A stretch of 64,000 bases of DNA from Camelus dromedarius (GCF_036321535.1 NC_087437.1:119910001-119974000); one strand, 5' to 3'; shown: positions 23,241-36,530, counted from the stretch's first letter. The notes: generated from the sequence alone by a model not told the origin. A program made the numbers and translations.

Positions 23241-26200
23241 CACAGCTGGCAGCCGGCTCTGGTCTCTTCTGGGTGCCCGTTTAACCTCCTCTACCACCAG
23301 GCCCCCCACCCTGTTTTCTCCAACCCTCCCAGGAGTGACGATTTCAGGTGTGAAGACACTGGCAAACCCTATGAATTGCAGCTGAGACTTTGTCTTCACC
23401 TCCCGACGCGGCGATCTAGGACTCCTGCTGATGGGGTTTGACTTGTAAAGCTCTTGAAAGCTTCCCGGTGGGCCGTGGAGCCATGGCCCCACGAGACCGC
23501 AGGCTCCCGCCAGCGCTGACTGGGTCTGCCTGTCCCGACCTTGGGAAGTCCCCTATGCATCACGCAGCTTCCCAAGCCTGTGAGAAGGCAAAAGACGAGT
23601 TCCTTACATCTGGTATTATTTTGCCTTACCAGATTTTGCACATGGTTATTTCCTGTACTGAGCCATCAGAAGTACCTAATCAAAGGGTAAAGAAATTTTA
23701 GATGTGAACCTTGCAGCAAAAGCATGTAATGAAGGGATTCTTAAAAATGAGTGCAAGCTTTTATCCTGAGCCCCTAAATGCTCACAGAAAGTGTCCTATT
23801 TGGCCTTTCAAATGGTGGGAAGGCAGGCTCTGTCTGTTTCTCTGAGGAGTTCAAAGGCAATTTGGAGTTTTCAGGCCACTGTCAGGCAAGCGGATAACAG
23901 CATCTTACAAAGGGGAGAAACTTCAAAGAAACCAGGGCACACGCATAGGATGCAACACGCTGCAGCCAAAACAATCGTGTGCTCCCGGGCACTTAATTTT
24001 ATTGGAAAACATTCATTAAATAGTGTTAGACTGGACATTAACTACACGTATTTCACAGAAGGTAATTTCTGGGTGAAATTACAAGCCACGGTTACCCAGC
24101 ACTTTGTTCTCATTTCCTACAATGAAATTGTATTGCGTGTTCATCAGAAGATAGCCATGAACAATTACTATATTTCGAAGGGGTAGAGTGGCCAAAAAAA
24201 GTGCCACCAGTGGCTGAGGCTCAGAGGAGGGACAGATGGCAGGGGAGAAGTTGGGAATGTGAACCACAACCCTGCACGCTGCACGGAGCCGGTCCAGCAG
24301 ATGCATCCCTAAGCCTCCAAGCAGGCGCTATTGGCTTGATTGGTTTCATTGTCATAGAAACCCCACCCCCACGAAGTTAAAAGCAGTCACACTCCTGGGT
24401 CACCAGTAGCCCCGCCTGGAGACCGGGGGTGCTCAGGAGCCCTGGTGGTCCCTGCTGGGACTGCGGACATCCGCTCATCAGGGCTCCCCGAATGAGACTG
24501 TGATTAGGAGCAGGTGCCCAGGGCTTAACTCGATTGGGAATGGCTGGTGCATAATTAGGTGTTTAACTACCCAGAATCAATCATGAAACTTGAACGGAGT
24601 GAGGGAAGTGTGGCGTTTGTGGGAGTAAGCCTGGGGGTTGAATTTGCTCATTAGATAACTGCCTTATATTTTCATTCTCTCAGGCACCATGGAAGTCTAA
24701 CCTTGCCCATGAACCTGTGAGCTTCCCCTGCACCTCCCTGATACGGGCCAATGTGTCAGCCCCGACCGTGCACCAGGGGCCTCTCTGTTGGGCCACGTTA
24801 GCACATGAGTTAGAACTGCAGGGAAAAAAAGCCAATAAGCATTAGGAAGCTTTTTTAAAAAATCTTACTCTCTTCAGCTAATTTCTGACAAGTGAGCTGC
24901 CCTCACTGGTATCTGAGAGAAGTGGGCTGGGTGAGGACGGCCACGAGGAAACGCAGAGAGGTAAATTCTCCTGCTCAGCCTGTGTGGACACGGACGCAGA
25001 CGCGGCGTGCTCAAGGAGGCTGGATGCGCATGTGAGGGCGTGGGTGGGCGGGTGGGTGAGCAGTTAAAAGGCAGACACTTGGACTGTTATTCATGAGCTG
25101 ACCTGGTAGGATGGTCGGGTTTGCTGCTCAAGTTTTCAGCTTGAAGAGTTACCAGCATTGCGTTAAAATTGACTTACGGGAAAATCAGAAGAGGGAATGA
25201 GAATTGAAATGTGTGGGTCTCCCCCCACATGTCAGGCCACTCATTTCTGATAGGATTTCATAAAAGCCTCTGGGGAAAAGCTTGCGGTATTTTCTTGATC
25301 CGCTGTGACCAGCTGCTGTCCACCATTTCTGCTAAATAGATTCTCCATGTGTTTGTCTTTAGGAAAAATACATCAGCTTTTGTTCCAAAATGAAAGGGTA
25401 TATAGAAAAGGCACATGTGACTGCAGAGAGATGAAAAGGGTGTTTTCTCTTGCTCGTAAAGTGTCATCTCAGCAGCAAAAGCTGCTCTTGCCGCTGCAGG
25501 CAGTTCTAGCAGAAATGCAGCGTCCTCCGCCTCCGCTCAGGCCACCACGCACCGCCCGCACCACCATCCTTGCACAGCTGTCGCCGGCCCGCTGGTGAAT
25601 GAGGGGCCGGCGGGGCCAAGCGGCCGCTGGGAGAGGGCCGAGATAATGCAAACCCACGAGGCCCACGCTTTATTTATTAGCGATGACGTCCTCGCTAACC
25701 GCAGCCTGGCCGGCGAGGCACGGTCTATCACCGGCTCTGCCCACAGGGAGGATGAGCAAAGAGTCCTTCCTCCCAGTGAAACTGATCGTTTCCAACAAGC
25801 ACTGCCTCCTGGGGAGCTGGAGGGAGCCCCCGACTCAAGGTGGGTCACCTGGCGCTGGTGCTTCCTGGCACAGCACAGTAGCCTCTTGGGGCCTCCACGA
25901 TCCTGGGACTCCAGAGGGATCTCCTGTGGTTCCTTTAAATTCCACACAAGGAGAGTGGATGCTGACTCAGGTCAGGAGACCCTTGTCATCACGGTGGGGG
26001 GCTCAGTGACCCTCCGTCCACAGGCTGCATCCAAAACCCCCAGGACATTTCCCATCTCACGGGATGCCCCCACCATGCCCAAATCTTGGGGAGCATCATT
26101 TAAACCCAACAAGTGAACTGGTTTCTCTGCGGCGAGCCTCATCCGGCCCATACTTCCCCGCTCCAGTCTGCTCCGGCTGGGATCGCTGAGGGCTGGGCTG

Positions 26201-26349
26201 AATCATCAGGTGCGTGGAGAGGCCAAGGGAAGTGGTCTGCCTTCCGGTGAGAGTTCTCCCAGCCCTGGGGTGCTCAGGAAACACGTGGGCTCAGGAAATT
26301 AGCTTCTCTTTTGCTGTGTCTCATGTTACAACGAAGAAAAATGATTTTT

Positions 26350-29300
26350 TTTAAGTTAAACTTTTTATTTTGGGATAATTGTAGGCTCCCAGGCAGTTGT
26401 AAGAAAGAACAGGAAGGAGTCCCGTACAGACTTCACCCCGATTCCCCCAGCGGGAACATCTTGCACAACCCTGATACCATATCCCCCCGGGATGCGGACT
26501 GATGCTGTCCAGACGCAGAAAATTCCATCCCCACCAGGACCCCTGCTGCCCTTTTTCAGCCTTGCCGTTTTTCCTCCCACCCCACCCCCTCCTCAGCCCC
26601 TGCGATCACTAGTCTGCTCTCCGTCCCTGTAACGGTGCCCTTTCGTGAATGGTCTGTAAACGGAACCACACAGTATTCTACCTTTGGCTTATTGAACTCG
26701 GCACCAGTCTCCGGAAGTTCATCCCGGTCCTTGTGTGCGTCTGGCACTTGCTCATTTTCATGGCTGAGTAGTGTTCCATGGTTGGATGGATCACAGTTTG
26801 TTTAAATGTTCACCTGTTGAAGGGCATCTGGGCTGTTCCCAGTCTGGGGGCTGCTGCACACAAAGCTGCTGTAAAAGTTCAGCAGCAGCCGTTGCATGGA
26901 TATGGCTTTTCATTTCTCTGGGATGAACGCCAGAAGTGCAATCACTTGGTCCTAGGGCAGGTATGCGTTTGATTTATAGGCAACTGTCAAACCACTTTCC
27001 AGAATGACCACACCACGTTACTCTCCCACCAGCAATGTCCAAGGGCCCAGCGTCTCCACACTTTCTCTAGTATCTGGTGTTTGTTGTCAGCGTTTATTTT
27101 GGACATTCTGACAGGGGTGCCGTGAGAGCCCACTGTGGTTCTGATTCGCATGTCTGTGATGGCCAGGATGTGGGATGTCTGAAAAGATGTGCTCTGCATA
27201 TGCTCACTGGCAAGACACACCCGCGTGTCTTTTGCCCGCTTCCAAATCTGTCTGTGGAGGGGTTGTTGTTTTTCTGTTTTCACTGCTGAGTTTTGGAAAT
27301 TCTCTGTGTAGTCTGGGTGCCAGACCTCTGTCAGATGTGCGGTTTGCAAACACCGTCTCCCAGTCTGTAGCTCGTCCTTTCATCCTCTTCACAGCATCTC
27401 TCACAGAGCAAACATTGTTAATTTTGATGGAGTCCGATGTATCCGCTTTCCTTTCACCAGTCTTGCTTTTGACATCCAATCTAAGAGCTCTCTGCCTGGC
27501 CCTAGATCCTGAAGGTTTTCTTCCAATGCTTTTCTAAAAGTCATATAGTTTTACATTTTAATCTATGGTCCATTTTGAGTTGACTTTTATAGGCAGTGTG
27601 AGATTTAAGTTGAAGTTCAGTTTTTTCATCCCTGGATGTCCAGTTGCTCCAGCACCATTTGTTGACAAACTCTCCCAAAGCTCTCCTTCATCCATTAAAT
27701 TGCTTTTGCATCTTTGTCAAAAATCAGTTGGGCACATGTGTGTGGGTCTATTTCTGGGTTCTGGGTTCTGTTCCATTAATCTCTGTGTCCATCCCTCCAC
27801 CAGTGTCACAGTCTCGATTGCTGTAACTATATAATAAGCCTTAAAGTCAGATCCAGTGGACCCTCTCATTTTAGCTTCTTTTTTCTAAAATATTTAGACA
27901 GTTTTTTACCTTCCCATATAAAGTTTAGAATAATCTTTTCTGTATCTATAAAATATTGCGGGGATTTTGACAGGAACTGCATTAAACATGTATTTCAATT
28001 TGGGGAGAACTGACATCTTGAGCCTTGCAATCCATGAATATGGTCTGTCTCTCCATTTATGTAGACCTCTATTTCTCTGACCAGGATTTTATACTTCTCA
28101 GCGTACGGGTCCTATTTTGTTAGAGTTAGACCTAAGTATTTTTTGTTTTGTTTTGAGTGATTGTAAAGGGTATTTTTAATTTCAGTGTCCATGTATTCAC
28201 CTCTAGTCTATAGAAATACAATTGATTTTGTATGTTTATCTTGTATTTTGTGACCTTAGTTACTAACTCATTTACTAGGTCCAGGAGGTTTTGCTTTTGT
28301 AGATTCCTTGAGATTTTCCAAGGAATCATGTCTTCAACAAGCAAGGACAGCTTGCCTCATCCTTGCTGAACTGTGTGCCTTTTATTTCCTTCTCTTGCCT
28401 TATTGCATTGTCTGGAATGCCCAGCACCACGCTGAGGAAGAGTGGCGAGAGTGGACATCCTTGCCTTTGTCCTGATCTCAGAGGGAAAGAGTTCAGTCTT
28501 TCATCATTAAGTACAATTTTTGCAGACATACTTTATTAGCTTGAGGAAATTGTCCTCCATTCCTGTTTTTCTGAGAGCTTCTGTCATACATGGGTGTTAT
28601 ATTTTGTCAAGTGCTTTTTCTGCATTGATTGATACGATCATGTGATTTTTTCTTCTTTAGCCTGTTAAAATGAAGTAAATTGGTTTTTGAATACTGAACT
28701 AGCCTTGCACCCCTGAAATAAACTCCACTTTGTCACAGTGACTAATTCTTTTTATATATGCTGAATTCTATTCGATATTTGCATAGACTGGTGGGGATAC
28801 TGGTCTGTAGGTTCCCCCTTTTTGCATTGTCTTTATCTGGTTTTGGTATCAGGGTGATATCAGCTTCATAAAATGAACTGGGAAGTGCTTCCTTCTCTTC
28901 TGTTTTCTGCAAGAGATTGTGTAAAATTGGTGTTAATTCTTTTTCAAAACCCTGGAAGAATTCTCCAATGAAAACATCTAGGTCAGAGAATTTCCTGGAG
29001 GCGGGGGGAGTGTTTTAATTATTGATTCAATCTCCTTAATAGTTACAGAGCTATTTAAACTGTGTATTTCATCATTGGTGACTTTGCTAGGTTGTGCTTT
29101 TCAAGGAATTGGTCAGTTTCATTCAAGCTGTAAAACTTATTTGTGTAGAATTGTTTGACTTGTTCCCCTATTACCCCTTTGACGTCTGCAGGCTCTGTAA
29201 GCTAACAGTCCCTCTTTCACTCCTGATTTTGGTAATTTATATATTCTCTCTTCAGTTTATTGATCTTTTGAATGAACCAGCTCTTTGTTTCATTAAACTT

Positions 29301-29995
29301 CTTATAATTTTTTTATTTTAAATTTCATTGATTTCTTTTCTTATCTGTTATTTCCTTCCTTCTGCTTGCTTTGGATTTATTTTGCTTGTCTTTGTGCTAA
29401 GGGTGAAGCCTAGATTATGGATTGGAAATTCTGCCTCTCTCCTAATAGAAGCGTTTAGTGCTGTGCATTTCCCTCTCAGCCCTGCTTTAGCTGTCTTACA
29501 GCTACATTTGATATGTTGTATTTTCATTTTGGAAATTCTGCCTCTCTCCTAATAGAAGCGTTTAGTGCTGTGCATTTCCCTCTCAGCCCTGCTTTAGCTG
29601 TCTTACAGCTACATTTGATATGTTGTATTTTCATTTTCATTCAGTCCAATGTATTTTTAATTCCCCTTGAAATTTCCTCTTTGACCCAAGATTACTTGGC
29701 AGTGTGCTGACTAGTCCCCATCATCCATGGACTCCCTGCTAGCTTTCTGCTATTGATGCCTAGCCTGATTGCACTGTGTTCAGAGAACACAGTCAGCATG
29801 ATTTCAATCCTTTTTAGTTGGCTGAGGTTTGATTTAAGGTTCATGGTGACATCTATCTTGACGTGTTCCACGGACATATGAAAAGCAAGTGTGCTGTGCT
29901 GTCACTGCCGGAGTGTTCCGTGAGTGCTGGTTCCATCCTGCTGGTTCGGGTATTGTTGAGTTCTGCCATATCCTTGCACGTTTTATGTGTGGACA
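26350..29995 (-). mobile_element. old LINE-1 (L1M-type), ORF2 remnant + 3' UTR, antisense
   Basis: Minus-strand peptides such as AKIVLNDERLNSFPLRSGQRQGCPLSPLFLSVVL and KINIQNQ are L1 ORF2 RT-region remnants; many stops and frameshifts. Continues at ~31385-31805 after an interruption. Confidence 0.9.
29422..29637. repeat. perfect 107-bp tandem duplication
   Basis: ttggaaattctgcctctctcctaatagaagcg...gatatgttgtattttcattt occurs at 29422 and again at 29529. Confidence 0.95.
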
Positions 29996-30844
29996 CAGAT
30001 TGGCTGCGCTCCCCCACCGGGGGCCCCGCCCCTGCTGCTCCCGCCCCTGCTGCTCCCCGCCTTGCAGCCACTCTCTCTGGACCCCAGAAACAGTTTGCTC
30101 TCACCGTGCCTCCTAGCCTCAGGAGCCACCCCTGCCTGTCCTCACAAGCACTAGAACACTGAGTTCTCTTAGTCCACCCGCAGCATTGTAACTTTCCTCA
30201 ATGGCCCAGTTTTCTGCACCATCTGTTTCCTGCTGTGACCTCATCATATGACATATAACCCAGAGGACGCTGGCATTGCCCAGGACTCCTGCAGTGGAAA
30301 CTCCCCCCTGAAAATGATCTCACAGAGCGAATTAACTAGGTTCAGGCTGCAATTAAATGCATAGCAGAGACGTCTGTCTCCACTTAGAATGTAGAAAGCT
30401 GCCAGGCTCACGAAGATAAAAGTGCGATAATCCTCAAAACCGCAGAGAGATGAGCCAAAAAGGAACAAAGTAAAACAAATTCCAAAAAGGAAAAAGCCCT
30501 TCAAGGAGAGAGAGCACATGAACTGTTTCATCTTCGACAGGACACAGAAGAAAGAGGTAACCACCATATGGATTCTGAAGAATTTCAAGAAATTCTTAAA
30601 GGCTAGTTCACATGACAGTTGGAAAGAACTGGGAGGCCCATACGTAAGGGGAGTCTGCACTCGCTTTCAAGCCCTCCGCCACGGGTCACCACCGACTGCT
30701 CGCGAGAAAGATCAGGAACAAAGCAGGGGACTAGAGAGAGCAGTCTGGCGACACAGGTGTGCATGAAGTGAGCAGTGGGTCCTGGGCAGGTACAAGCCCC
30801 ACGTGGTTCCCAGAGTCTTTTATAAGCAAAAGACTTCGGCTGCT

Positions 30845-30970
30845 GGGGAAGGTCTAGCTCAGAGGTAGAGTGCATGCCTAGCGTGCATGAGGTCCCAGGC
30901 TCAATCCCTAGTACCTCCACCAAAGGTAATAAATAAACAAACCTAATCATCTTCCCCCAACAAGAAAATA
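30845..30970 (+). mobile_element. tRNA-derived SINE (camelid Vic-1-like)
   Basis: ggggaaggtctagctcagaggtagagtgcatgcctagcgtgcatgaggtcccaggctcaatccctagtacctcc followed by an A-rich tail; A-box and B-box-like motifs. Confidence 0.85.
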
Positions 30971-31571
30971 TTTGTAAAAAAGACCTAGGACGTTGGAGGA
31001 GGGGCATCAAACCATCGTGTCCCTGGGGCATAAGCATAGATCCGGGGTCCTGGGGAGGGATAAGAGCTCGGAGAGGGACCGCTCTATGGGGCAGGCCTGT
31101 AGGGACAGCCAAAGGCTAAGGCGGTGTAGGGACCCTGAGAAGGGCCCTCCAGCACTGCAGCCCCCCTCCCAACAACGAGGCAGCCACAGCCCACAGCTGG
31201 AGGAATCTGAAGTCCGTGGCACTGAAATAGTCATGGCAACAACAAACCCACCCCAGCCGGACTCCTGCCCACATGGTCCAATCCCCCACACCGCAGCCCA
31301 CAGGAGGCGAGCCACACTGACCGCCAGGCCCAGGAAGTTCCGGCCCCTGTTCCACTGGTTGCTGAGAAAGCAGCACGGAAATCTCCAGCTGTGATTGTGC
31401 TTTATTTCAACGTTCAGGTCTTTCAGGTTTTTCTTTGTGTATTTTGAAGGTCTGTTGTCAGGACACACACATTTAGGACAGTGATGTCTTCTTGATAGCC
31501 TGGCCCCTTCACCTGGATGTAATGTCCCTGTTTATCCCTGGTAACAGTCCTTGTACTAAATTCGACTGTCA

Positions 31572-31690
31572 GGGGGTGGGTGTAGCTCAGGGGTAGAGTG
31601 CGTGCCTAGCATGCATGAGGTCCTGGGTTCAATCCCCAGCACCTCCATTAAATAAATAAATAAATCTAATTTTAAAAAATAAATAAAAAT
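31572..31690 (+). mobile_element. tRNA-derived SINE (camelid Vic-1-like)
   Basis: gggggtgggtgtagctcaggggtagagtgcgtgcctagcatgcatgaggtcctgggttcaatccccagcacctcc + (taaa)n; inserted in an L1. Confidence 0.88.
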
Positions 31691-31852
31691 AAAATTGACT
31701 TTGACAATCCAGCTTTTTTTTCATTTGTTTTTGTACAATATATCTTTTTCCATCCTTTACCTTGTCTTCATAATTAAAGTGGGTTATTTTAGACAGCATA
31801 TAGAGAATAGCATTTGTAACACATGAAACAATTTTAGGGTTTTTTGTTTGTT

Positions 31853-32130
31853 TTATTAAAGTATAGTCAGTTTACAATGTTGTGTCAGTTTCTAGCGTCT
31901 CAGTCATACATATATTTGTTTTCATATTCTTTTTCATTATAGATTATTACAAGATATTGAATATAGTTTCCTGTGCTATATGGAAGAAACTTATTGTTTA
32001 TCTATTTTATATATAGTAGTTAGTATCTGCAAATCTCAAACTCCCAGTTCATCCCTTCCCACCCCCTTTCCCCTCCAGTAACCGTAAGTTTGTTTTCTAT
32101 GTCTGTGAGTCTGTTTCTGTTTTGTAAAGA
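31853..32130 (-). mobile_element. short L1 3'-UTR fragment (younger family)
   Basis: ttattaaagtatagtcagtttacaatgttgtgtcagtttct...ctatgtctgtgagtctgtttctgttttgtaaa; same family as the copy at ~36821. Confidence 0.8.
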
Positions 32131-34561
32131 ATATTTGTTAAAGAAGCAGAAATTTTTAAAAAGCGAACAAAAATTTTAGATATATTTGTTATGATTCATT
32201 GAAATTTTAAAAGTTAATGTAATGATTATGTAGTAGGCAGATACAGCTGAAGAGAGAATTAGTGAACTGGAGGCTAGATCTGTAGCACAGACAGATAAAG
32301 GTTGAAAAATATTAACAAAAACTTTAGACAAGGAAGATAGAATGAGAAGCTCTAGTACACATTTTATATTTTATAAGAAGGAGAGAACAGAGGGCATGGA
32401 AGGGGCAATATTCAAAGATAAGAGAATTTTCCAGACTTAGGGGGAAAAAATCCTACAAAACTGTGCTTTTGTTGGATATTGCATTTGGCAGTTAATATTA
32501 CATAAAGAGTGTCTTAAAGATGGTAGAGGCTTATTTTCTGTGATGTTAAGAAGTCTGGAAACTGGCAGTTGTAGGTCAACTGTGAATTCAGTCTCCTGCC
32601 AGTCTCACAGCTCCTCAAGGACCAGGAGGGTCTCTGAAATGCAATCACCAAGGTGGACACCACCCCCCGGCTTCCCAGGAGGAGACGGGCACACTCCAGC
32701 AGGCACCCAGCTCCAAGTCACAAACCCTACCTCCAGTCATGAAGGCACAAGAAACTGAGCACTCTCATCTTGGAAACATGATCATGGTAGACTGGAGTTG
32801 CTTGGCCACGTGCAAGCGAAGATTCCTTTCCATCCTTGCAGTCCCTGTAGCAGATTGCCTGGGACGCACATCCCGTTCTAGCTAAACGTGTGTTCACTAA
32901 TAAAAGTGTTTTCTTTTTCTTCTACCTTTATGGAGATGTTTTCTGGATTGGGAGGAGATTTCGTCTTGCATTCTATTTCCCCAACACAGTCTGGGCTAGA
33001 AAGGCAACTGCCCCATCAACCAGAGCTCCAGGTCCTTCTGTGCTTCTGCTCTACCAAAAGACATAGCATCATGGAAATAAATGAAACCCACTCAAATGAG
33101 AAAGTAAAGACTATTTCTTCAGAGCTGGCTGCAGCAAGGGGGTCATAGACTCCCAGGCAGGCAGAAGTGGGGGAAAGCTTCACAGGGGAAAAACAGGAAG
33201 GCTGCAGGTGTGCTCTGGTAGAGGCTGTTGGTGGGGGAAACTGTTGCTGGGCTTACAGCAGGCTGGCTGTAAGCTAAGGCATTGGTTTCCTGGACAGCTT
33301 CCAACAGTTGGTGGGTCAGAGTCTATTTTTATGTATGATCTGGTCATCGTCTGTTTGTACATTCAGCCTTTTAGCAGTCATCATTAAGGTCACCTCATGG
33401 TCCCAACATGGCCACAGTAGATCCAGCCATTGTGACTACATTCCAGCAGAAAGAAAATAAGCAGAAGGGCAAAGAGCATGCCTCCCAGGTGAGTCCCTTC
33501 ACAATGTTCCTCCCAAATACATCTGCTTGGCTCTCCTCAATCCTCCCTACGTCCAGTAAACAAATGACTGTTTACTGGGCACAAGGGTTCTCCCCCAAAA
33601 GGAGACCTTCTGTTAAAGGAAAAATGGAGAATGGTTTCAGAACAGGCAACAAGCAACCTCTTTTACACCTTCAGATTGAAAAAAATGGAAGAATAAATCC
33701 ATCTAAAAATATATTTATGAAAAATGCATCACTGAATATAGTCTTGAATTTATTCTTCTTTACAGAATATTTGTTTTATGAAAGTTACTTCATTTTAATA
33801 AAGAGCTGGTTGATCAAAAGTCTTCATAGTCAAGGTTACAGGCTTAAAGCGGCCTCTGCAGTGCCTTCTCAAAAGCCCCCTCTCCATGTTCCCCCATCTC
33901 CAGGCCACTGAGGCAGAGACAGAACAGCCCAGACACCCTAATGTGAACACAAATTGAAAACTGTTCAACTAAAACAAACTAGTTCAAAGAAACAATAAAT
34001 TCAGGGAATTGGTCATTTGGTAAACTGGCTCTTCAGAGAACTAGGTCTGAGCAATTGCCAGAGTGCAAGGAGCGAGTTCAGGCAAAAGAGCCCGTCGTGA
34101 TGGTTGGGGGAGGGGGAGGGCCTGTCACAACTCCTAGGGGCTTTCCTGCAGCTGGGAGGGTCCTCCGCACACTCAGGGAAGGTCCCAGGCAGGTTGACTC
34201 CACTGCACAGCAATCACCCTCTCTGAAGGGTGTGATTCATGTCCTCTGGAAACGAGGAGAGGAAAGTCAGGCTGAGAACTCCGTGAGTGCAGGAGACCAA
34301 GTTCTGAAGAAAGCGAGGAAACAGGTCCTTAGCACGTCTGAACCGAGTGTGGCCCCTGGGCAGCCGGGGGGCAGAAGGCGTCTCACTGGGGAAAACACTC
34401 TCATGGAGGGAAGCGGCCAGAACAGGGCGCTTCACAGCCTTCTCGGCAGCCCCCCGGCAGGCAGCCTCCCCTCCAGCGCATCCAAATGTCTTAGGAAATG
34501 AGAGCGCCCATTACACGCATGTCCCTCCCCTGCGAAGGGTCCGGATGCTGCAAGCACACGT

Positions 34562-34923
34562 GCACACGCACACGCACACGTGTGCCCAACTGCAGGCGCA
34601 CACGCACACGCACACGTGTGCCCAACTGCAGGCGCACACGCACACGCACACGTGTGCCCAACTGCAGGCGCACACGCACACGCACACGTGTGCACAACTG
34701 CAGGCGCACACGCACACGCACACGTGTGCACAACTGCAGGCGCACACGCACACGCACACGTGTGCCCAACTGCAGGCGCACACGCACACGCACACGTGTG
34801 CACAACTGCAGGCGCACACGCACACGCACACGTGTGCCCAACTGCAGGCGCACACGCACACGCACACGTGTGCCCAACTGCAGGCGCACACGCACACGCA
34901 CACGCACACGCACACGCACACGC
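34562..34923. repeat. 36-bp minisatellite x9 (GCACAC)3GTGTGC(C/A)CAACTGCAGGC, ending in a pure (GCACAC)n run
   Basis: Nine units read directly; the variable base follows the order C,C,C,A,A,C,A,C,C. Confidence 0.95.
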
Positions 34924-35789
34924 AACGTGCACTCCACTTGCCCTTCCTTCCCCAGGGTTTTCCGTCTTCTCAGCCACAAGGAATTGACTAGAAGGAGCTT
35001 TCGGGGTTTGCTGTGTGATGTGCTCTGCCCGCTCCTTGGCCTGCAGCCCCCGCTTGCTGAGGGGCGTCCCCACCTGACTCGGGGAACACGCTGGATCCTC
35101 CTGCCACCAAGTGTCCCACAGAAAGAACTTTTTTAATTCCTCCATCAGAACTTCATTTTTTTTTCCTTTAAGGAAGTGTCCATCATGAAAATGCAAAATG
35201 GCGAGGAGGTGATTTCCAACCTACAAAGGGAAAAACGGAATGCCTTCTCCTCCCTCTGCGAGATGGAAAAGCGGACAAGCTCAGGGCTGGGAGGGGAGGT
35301 CTTGCCCGGCCCTGCTTTGGTGGGAGAGGTGGAGGCAAGCATACTTAGAAGGCAGAATAAAACACTATTGGATTGGAAGCTTTTTAAGGGTAAAAAGAAC
35401 GTTGAGGAATTGATTCGTCACTGACAACTTAATGGGAATTGGTCCTCTGATCACACCTGACCGCAGCTGCCGAGGAGGGGCTTTGGGGGACGAGATCCGA
35501 TCACTGTGCACACTGGAAAGGGCCAGAAAGTGCGTCTCTGTGCGTGCCCTTGTGGAGATTTCATTGGGAACACTCAGAGTGAGAAGGGGTCTCGTGGGGG
35601 TCGTAAGGAGGGCACTCAGCAGTGAAGACAGGCTTTTCTGACGCCCAGGCCAGCCACAGGGTGGTGATTTCCCCTGGGCCAGCAGGGACTAGGCGCTTTG
35701 CCAGAAGCCAAATAGTCAGATCCAAATTCAAGATCGATTACTTCGAACCTCACGGGCCTCAGCTGTCCTGCTTTAAAGGAGCGGTCAGA

Positions 35790-36330
35790 ATTACCTCCAT
35801 CTGGTCGTGAGGGTGAGCGTTAACCACCAATGGCCAGTGACTTGATCATCACACTCAGTCCCGAGGCCTGTGGGAAGACTACTGCAGCAGCTGGCAGAGC
35901 TTCCAGGTTGTGGACACACCCACATGCCGGCAGGACCCTGCACCTCGTCTCCACGGGCAGAGGCCCTGGCCTCCGGACCCTCGGGGACCTCACCCCCTGT
36001 GGCTCTCACCGGGCTGTTCCCGTATAATAAATCAGGAAATGCAAGCACAGTGTTTCCCCGAATTCTGTGAGCTGTGCTAGCAAATTACCAAACCCAGGGA
36101 AGGGGTGGTGGGAACCCCTGATTTGCAGCCGAGTCAGGCCAAGTGTGGGAGCCGGGGGCTCCCTGGAGTCGGAGCGGCCTTGCGGGGCGGAGCCCGGGAG
36201 CGGCGGGGTCGCTGCTGGCTCTGCAGGGTCGTCAGTGTCAGGACTGAGTTGAGTCGCTGGGCAGCTGGTGTCGGAGATGGAGAGTTGGTTGGGGGAGGGG
36301 GTGTCCCGCACTTTTGGCGTCAGAGTGAAG
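35790..36330 (+). mobile_element. ERV LTR (MER21-like)
   Basis: tataataaatcaggaaatgcaagcacagtgtttccccgaattctgtgagctgtgctagcaaatta..aaaccca.ggaaggggtggtgggaacccctgatttgcagcc resembles the recalled MER21 consensus. Confidence 0.65.
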
Positions 36331-36344
36331 GCAAGTTTCCTTTT

Positions 36345-36530
36345 GCGTGGAGAGTGGAAGCGGCCTGGTGGCTGCCAGGGGCTGGGCGAGGGGGCAACGG
36401 TGAGCTGCTGCTTAGTGGGTGTGGGGTCCCCTTGTGGGCGATGAAAACGTTTGGAACCAGATAGAAAGTGGTGGTGAATCGTGAATGGGCTAAATGTCGC
36501 TGAACTGCACTCTTTCAAATGGTTAATTAT
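36345..36530 (+). mobile_element. L1MB-like 3' end fragment
   Basis: gtggctgccaggggctggg...gatgaaaacgtttggaaccagatagaaagtggtgg...ctgaactgcactctttcaaatggtta. Confidence 0.7.

Noticed and set aside
26350..29995. Active reverse transcriptase / novel retroelement system
   Set aside because: Only fragmented L1 ORF2 peptides with many stops and frameshifts; an ordinary dead LINE-1.
30845..31650. tRNA genes (tRNA-Ala-like heads)
   Set aside because: They are multiple diverged copies with AT-rich tails and TSD-like flanks, lacking an intact acceptor stem, which identifies them as SINEs.
34562..34923. CRISPR-like array (36-bp periodic, palindromic units)
   Set aside because: The units are head-to-tail with no unique spacers, there are no cas genes, and the context is mammalian.
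34347..35196. Six overlapping ORFs with His/Thr/Cys-rich repeats (e.g. HTHTHTCAQLQA x9) resembling a metal-binding protein
   Set aside because: The 36-bp unit has no stop codon in any frame, so all six frames are trivially open; I found no promoter, splice or homology support.
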